Source: an uncultured Verrucomicrobiales bacterium
GTDB lineage: Bacteria; Verrucomicrobiota; Verrucomicrobiia; Verrucomicrobiales; DEV007
Length of the DNA stretch: 38,357 bases
Assembly: GCA_964556355.1 (NCBI GenBank)
Contig: CAZKYJ010000001.1
Location: 1 to 38,357 of the forward strand
Direction of reading: 5' to 3'
In this document: positions 35,686 through 38,357 of the stretch, piece after piece
How the letters are laid out: the number at the start of each line of letters is the position of its first letter
How positions within the stretch are numbered: the first letter of the stretch is position 1
Notes under the pieces: generated by a model
Database searches by the model: none
What the model saw: the letters and a program-made list of their open reading frames with translations, nothing else
Told to the model about the DNA's origin: nothing
Made by a program: the position numbers and the translations under genes

Positions 35686-37725
35686 ATGCGACTGTTGTCG
35701 GATCGCCTGGCTCGGCTCGTGGTCCTCGCGACCGCGTTGACGGCGATCATCGCTCCGAGCGCGACCGCCCAGGACGAAGCGGATGTGATTGTTTACGGCT
35801 CCACGCCGGGCGGGTTTTGTGCCGCCATCGCCGCCGCCCGGGAAGGCGCTTCGGTGATTCTGCTGGAACCCACCGAGCATGTCGGTGCGATGAGCACCGG
35901 CGGGCTGAGCCACTGCGACTCCAACCAAATGGTGCGTAGCACCGTGATGGGGCTCTTCGACGAGTGGCACACCCGGGTGGTCAAGGACTACACGGACCGG
36001 GGTCTCGCGGCGCCCTACCATCCAGAGGTGAAAGACCAATCGCGATGGACTTTCGAACCCCATGTCGCGATGCGGGTGACGATGCAGATGCTGGACGAGG
36101 CCGGGGTCACCGTGCTGACCGGACGTTACCTGGTATCGGTTGCGCAAGACGGTTCGCGGATCACGGGGTTGGTCACGACGGGAGGTACCTTTACCGGCCG
36201 GGTCTTTGTCGACGGCACCTACGAGGGCGATCTCATGGCGGCCGCGGGGGTGGATTGGACGATCGGCCGCGAGGGGCGCGAGGCATACGGCGAGTCGTTG
36301 GCCGGCAAGCAATACCCCAAACGGAAGATGGACATCGATGGCTTCGACGACGAGGGCGGGCTGCTGCCGCTGGTCACCACGGCCGATGCCGGACCCGAGG
36401 AGGCGGGTGACACCAACGTCATGACTTACAGTTTTCGTCTCTGCCTCACCAGGGAGCCAGAGAACCGCGTGCCGATGCCCGAGCCGAGCAGCTACGACCC
36501 TGCGCGCTTCGAGGTCGTCCGCCGGGCGCTGGAAGCGGGCGTGCGTGTCGGGTTCGATCTCTACCCGCTGCCCGGCGGCAAGCTCGACGGCAACAACTCC
36601 ATCGGCGGACAGTTCTCGCTGGGGCTCGTGGGCGGCGGGAACGACTGGCATTCGGCCGACAAAGCGGGACGGAAAGCGATCTGGGAAGCGCACAAGGAGT
36701 ACACGCTGGAGTTTTATCACTTCCTGACGACCGATCCGGCCGTGCCAGAGGACATCCGCAACACCTATGCCACGCTAGGATTGTGTAGAGACGAGTTCGT
36801 GGGCTACGAGCATTTTTCGCCCGCGCTCTACGTCCGCGAGTCCCGGCGCATGAAGGGCATGTATGTGATCAGCCAGAAGGACATCCTCGACTCACCGAGC
36901 AAGCACGACCCGATCGCGATCTCGTCGTTTCCGATCGACTCACACGACTGCCAGCGCATCGCCTTCCAAGGCGGCGGGGTGAGCAACGAGGGGACGATTT
37001 TTCCCGTGAGACGGGAGGGACTCCCACGGGGCTATGCCTACCAGGTCCCCTACCGGTCGATCGTGCCTCCTCTCGAGCAGTGCGACAACTTGCTGGTACC
37101 GGTCGCGCTGTCGTGCACGCACGTGGGAATCTCGTCGTTGCGCATCGAAGGGACCTGGATGGTCATCGGCCAAAGCGCTGGCATCGCCGCAGCCTTGGCG
37201 GCCGGTGGCGACATGGCCGTGCAGACGTTGCCCTACGTCGAACTTCGCGCGCGCCTACGCGCTCAAGGACAGGTCCTCGACCTCCCCGCCGAGGCGAAGG
37301 ATTCGGCGACCCTGACCGGCGTCCTCGACGAGACGGGGGCGGAGCTAGAGGGAACCTGGAAGGGTTCCACCAATTTCCGGCCCCATGTCGGTAGCGGGTA
37401 CGTCCACGACGACCGGGCGGGCGACGGGCAATCGCGAGCGGTCTTCCGCTTCGAGGCGCCCGAGACGGGCGACTACGAAGTGCAAATGGCCTACTCGCCT
37501 CACGAAACCCGTGCGACGAATGTGCCCGTGGTTGTCGTCAGCGGTTCCCACGAAAGGCGGATCGAGGTGGATCAAACGATTCCATTGCCCGGTGGTCAAC
37601 TCTTTAGGGCGGTCGGCACTGTCCGGTTGCTGGGGGGGATCGAGTCGGTCATCACGATCGAGAACCGGAAAACGGATGGCTTTGTCATCGTGGACGCGCT
37701 GCGTCTGGTCCCGAAGGGGCAGTAG
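35686..37725 (+). CDS. Secreted FAD-dependent oxidoreductase (PF12831-like) with a C-terminal beta-sandwich (golvesin-C/xanthan-lyase-annotated type) domain
   Basis: The signal is MRLLSDRLARLVVLATALTAIIAPSATAQ. The FAD fold is ADVIVYGSTPGGFCAAIAAAREGASVILLEPTEHVGAMSTGGL. The C-terminal region is GTWKGSTNFRPHVGSGYVHDD...YEVQMAYSPHETRATNVPVVV...GFVIVDALRLVP. The track ORF start at 34948 overlaps the GH gene and is rejected. Confidence 0.85.
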   Translation: MRLLSDRLARLVVLATALTAIIAPSATAQDEADVIVYGSTPGGFCAAIAAAREGASVILLEPTEHVGAMSTGGLSHCDSNQMVRSTVMGLFDEWHTRVVKDYTDRGLAAPYHPEVKDQSRWTFEPHVAMRVTMQMLDEAGVTVLTGRYLVSVAQDGSRITGLVTTGGTFTGRVFVDGTYEGDLMAAAGVDWTIGREGREAYGESLAGKQYPKRKMDIDGFDDEGGLLPLVTTADAGPEEAGDTNVMTYSFRLCLTREPENRVPMPEPSSYDPARFEVVRRALEAGVRVGFDLYPLPGGKLDGNNSIGGQFSLGLVGGGNDWHSADKAGRKAIWEAHKEYTLEFYHFLTTDPAVPEDIRNTYATLGLCRDEFVGYEHFSPALYVRESRRMKGMYVISQKDILDSPSKHDPIAISSFPIDSHDCQRIAFQGGGVSNEGTIFPVRREGLPRGYAYQVPYRSIVPPLEQCDNLLVPVALSCTHVGISSLRIEGTWMVIGQSAGIAAALAAGGDMAVQTLPYVELRARLRAQGQVLDLPAEAKDSATLTGVLDETGAELEGTWKGSTNFRPHVGSGYVHDDRAGDGQSRAVFRFEAPETGDYEVQMAYSPHETRATNVPVVVVSGSHERRIEVDQTIPLPGGQLFRAVGTVRLLGGIESVITIENRKTDGFVIVDALRLVPKGQ

Positions 37726-37889
37726 GCGAACGCACGCGGGCGGGGCAGTCGCCTCAGTTCTTTCTCGTTCCGGCGAATCATGCCGACACGCTGGGAGTGG
37801 GAGCAACCAGGCCAGAAGGAGAATCAACCGGATCGTTTTCTCGCGCGAGATCTTATGGCTGATGAGGGCCGCCCTGCGGCGGGCTCTTG

Positions 37890-37918
37890 AAAAAGGCGGT
37901 GTTGCCGCCACCCCTTTT
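37890..37918. terminator. Weak bidirectional hairpin with an A-tract and a T-tract
   Basis: The sequence is aaaaa-GGCGG-tgttg-CCGCC-acccc-tttt. The stem is only 5 bp, it lies 165 nt after the FAD gene stop, and it could equally belong to the IS110 left end. Confidence 0.25.
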
Positions 37919-38034
37919 CTCGCGGGCTATCCGGGTCTCCCCGGGCAGAGCCGCATGGTTAGCGCAGTCGCCGGGCACGAGGCCGGGCGCTGCATGGATT
38001 AAACCACAGGACAGCGACAACACCATGAAGACAA

Positions 38035-38357
38035 CATACTACGTAGGACTCGACGTGCACAAGGACTCAATCGCCATCGCCCACGCGGCCTCCGGGTCGC
38101 GGGGCGAGCCGGCCTACCACGGCGGGTGCGGCGGCAGCATCCTCGCCGCCGAGCGCGCGCTCCGGAAGCTCGCGGCCAAGCTCGGCGTCGGGCTCACCGA
38201 CCTCAAGGTCTGCTACGAGGCCGGGCCGACCGGCTTGATCCCGCTGCGCGGGCTCTGCGGCGAGGCTTCGCATTGGCGGTGCCGCTCGCGCGGCCAAGCA
38301 GTGTGCTGGCGCGGAGGCTCGAGAAGCTCGGGGTCGAGTGCACGGTCATGTCGCCCT
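38035..38357 (+). mobile_element. IS110-family transposase, N-terminal (DEDD/RuvC-like) part; frame-disrupted and truncated by the window end
   Basis: MKTTYYVGLDVHKDSIAIAHA...LKVCYEAGPTG is the IS110 N-terminal signature. The expected continuation VLARRLEKLGVECTVMSP is present from 38303 but in a different frame. It is separated by about 68 nt (38235..38302) of non-homologous sequence. Confidence 0.7.

Noticed and set aside
37345-37911. 188-aa minus-strand ORF whose N-terminus looks lipoprotein-like (LLLAWLLPLPAC)
   Set aside because: Two-thirds of it lies antisense within the well-supported FAD-oxidoreductase gene. Its start sits inside a hairpin, and nothing but the short hydrophobic stretch supports it.
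1-38357. Scan for CRISPR arrays, tRNA/rRNA genes, and toxin-antitoxin or restriction-modification gene pairs
   Set aside because: I found no regularly spaced direct repeats, no cloverleaf-like or rRNA-like conserved stretches in the intergenic regions, and no small paired ORFs or methyltransferase motifs. This was done by eye only, so small ncRNAs could have been missed.

Overview
This is a GC-rich bacterial chromosomal segment, about two-thirds G+C by eye. I recognised no rRNA, tRNA or CRISPR array. The gene content (PEP-CTERM protein, G8/beta-helix protein, FAD-oxidoreductase with a carbohydrate-binding tail, RAYT-type transposase, Asp-rich Ca-binding repeats) suggests Verrucomicrobiota or Planctomycetota, but that is inference only.

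The window has three parts:

1. **1-16476, all on the minus strand.** It encodes a partial VKOR-family protein, a DASS/SLC13 symporter, GlpD, PBP1C (pbpC), a 1996-aa lipoprotein alpha-2-macroglobulin, a 1219-aa membrane-spanning STAND NTPase, and a PAP2 phosphatase.
2. **16753-18480.** It holds a small P-loop kinase and a RAYT/IS200-like Y1 transposase bracketed by about 50-nt imperfect inverted repeats.
3. **18467-37725, a secreted glycan-degradation locus.** It encodes a PL1-type pectate lyase, an SRPBCC protein, a Tat-exported protein, a G8/beta-helix protein, a roughly 1667-aa SGNH-esterase multi-domain protein broken by a frameshift, a PEP-CTERM protein, a clan GH-A glycosidase with two tandem CBM-like modules, and an FAD oxidoreductase. 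A disrupted IS110-family transposase follows at the window end.

The best candidate for an undescribed system is the STAND NTPase. It has a TIR-like/DUF4062-like N-terminus, an nSTAND-type P-loop, one transmembrane helix and a predicted periplasmic TPR array. It lies 21 nt upstream of, and co-directional with, a thioester-less A2M and pbpC.

All family assignments come from motif recognition by eye. No database search was run.
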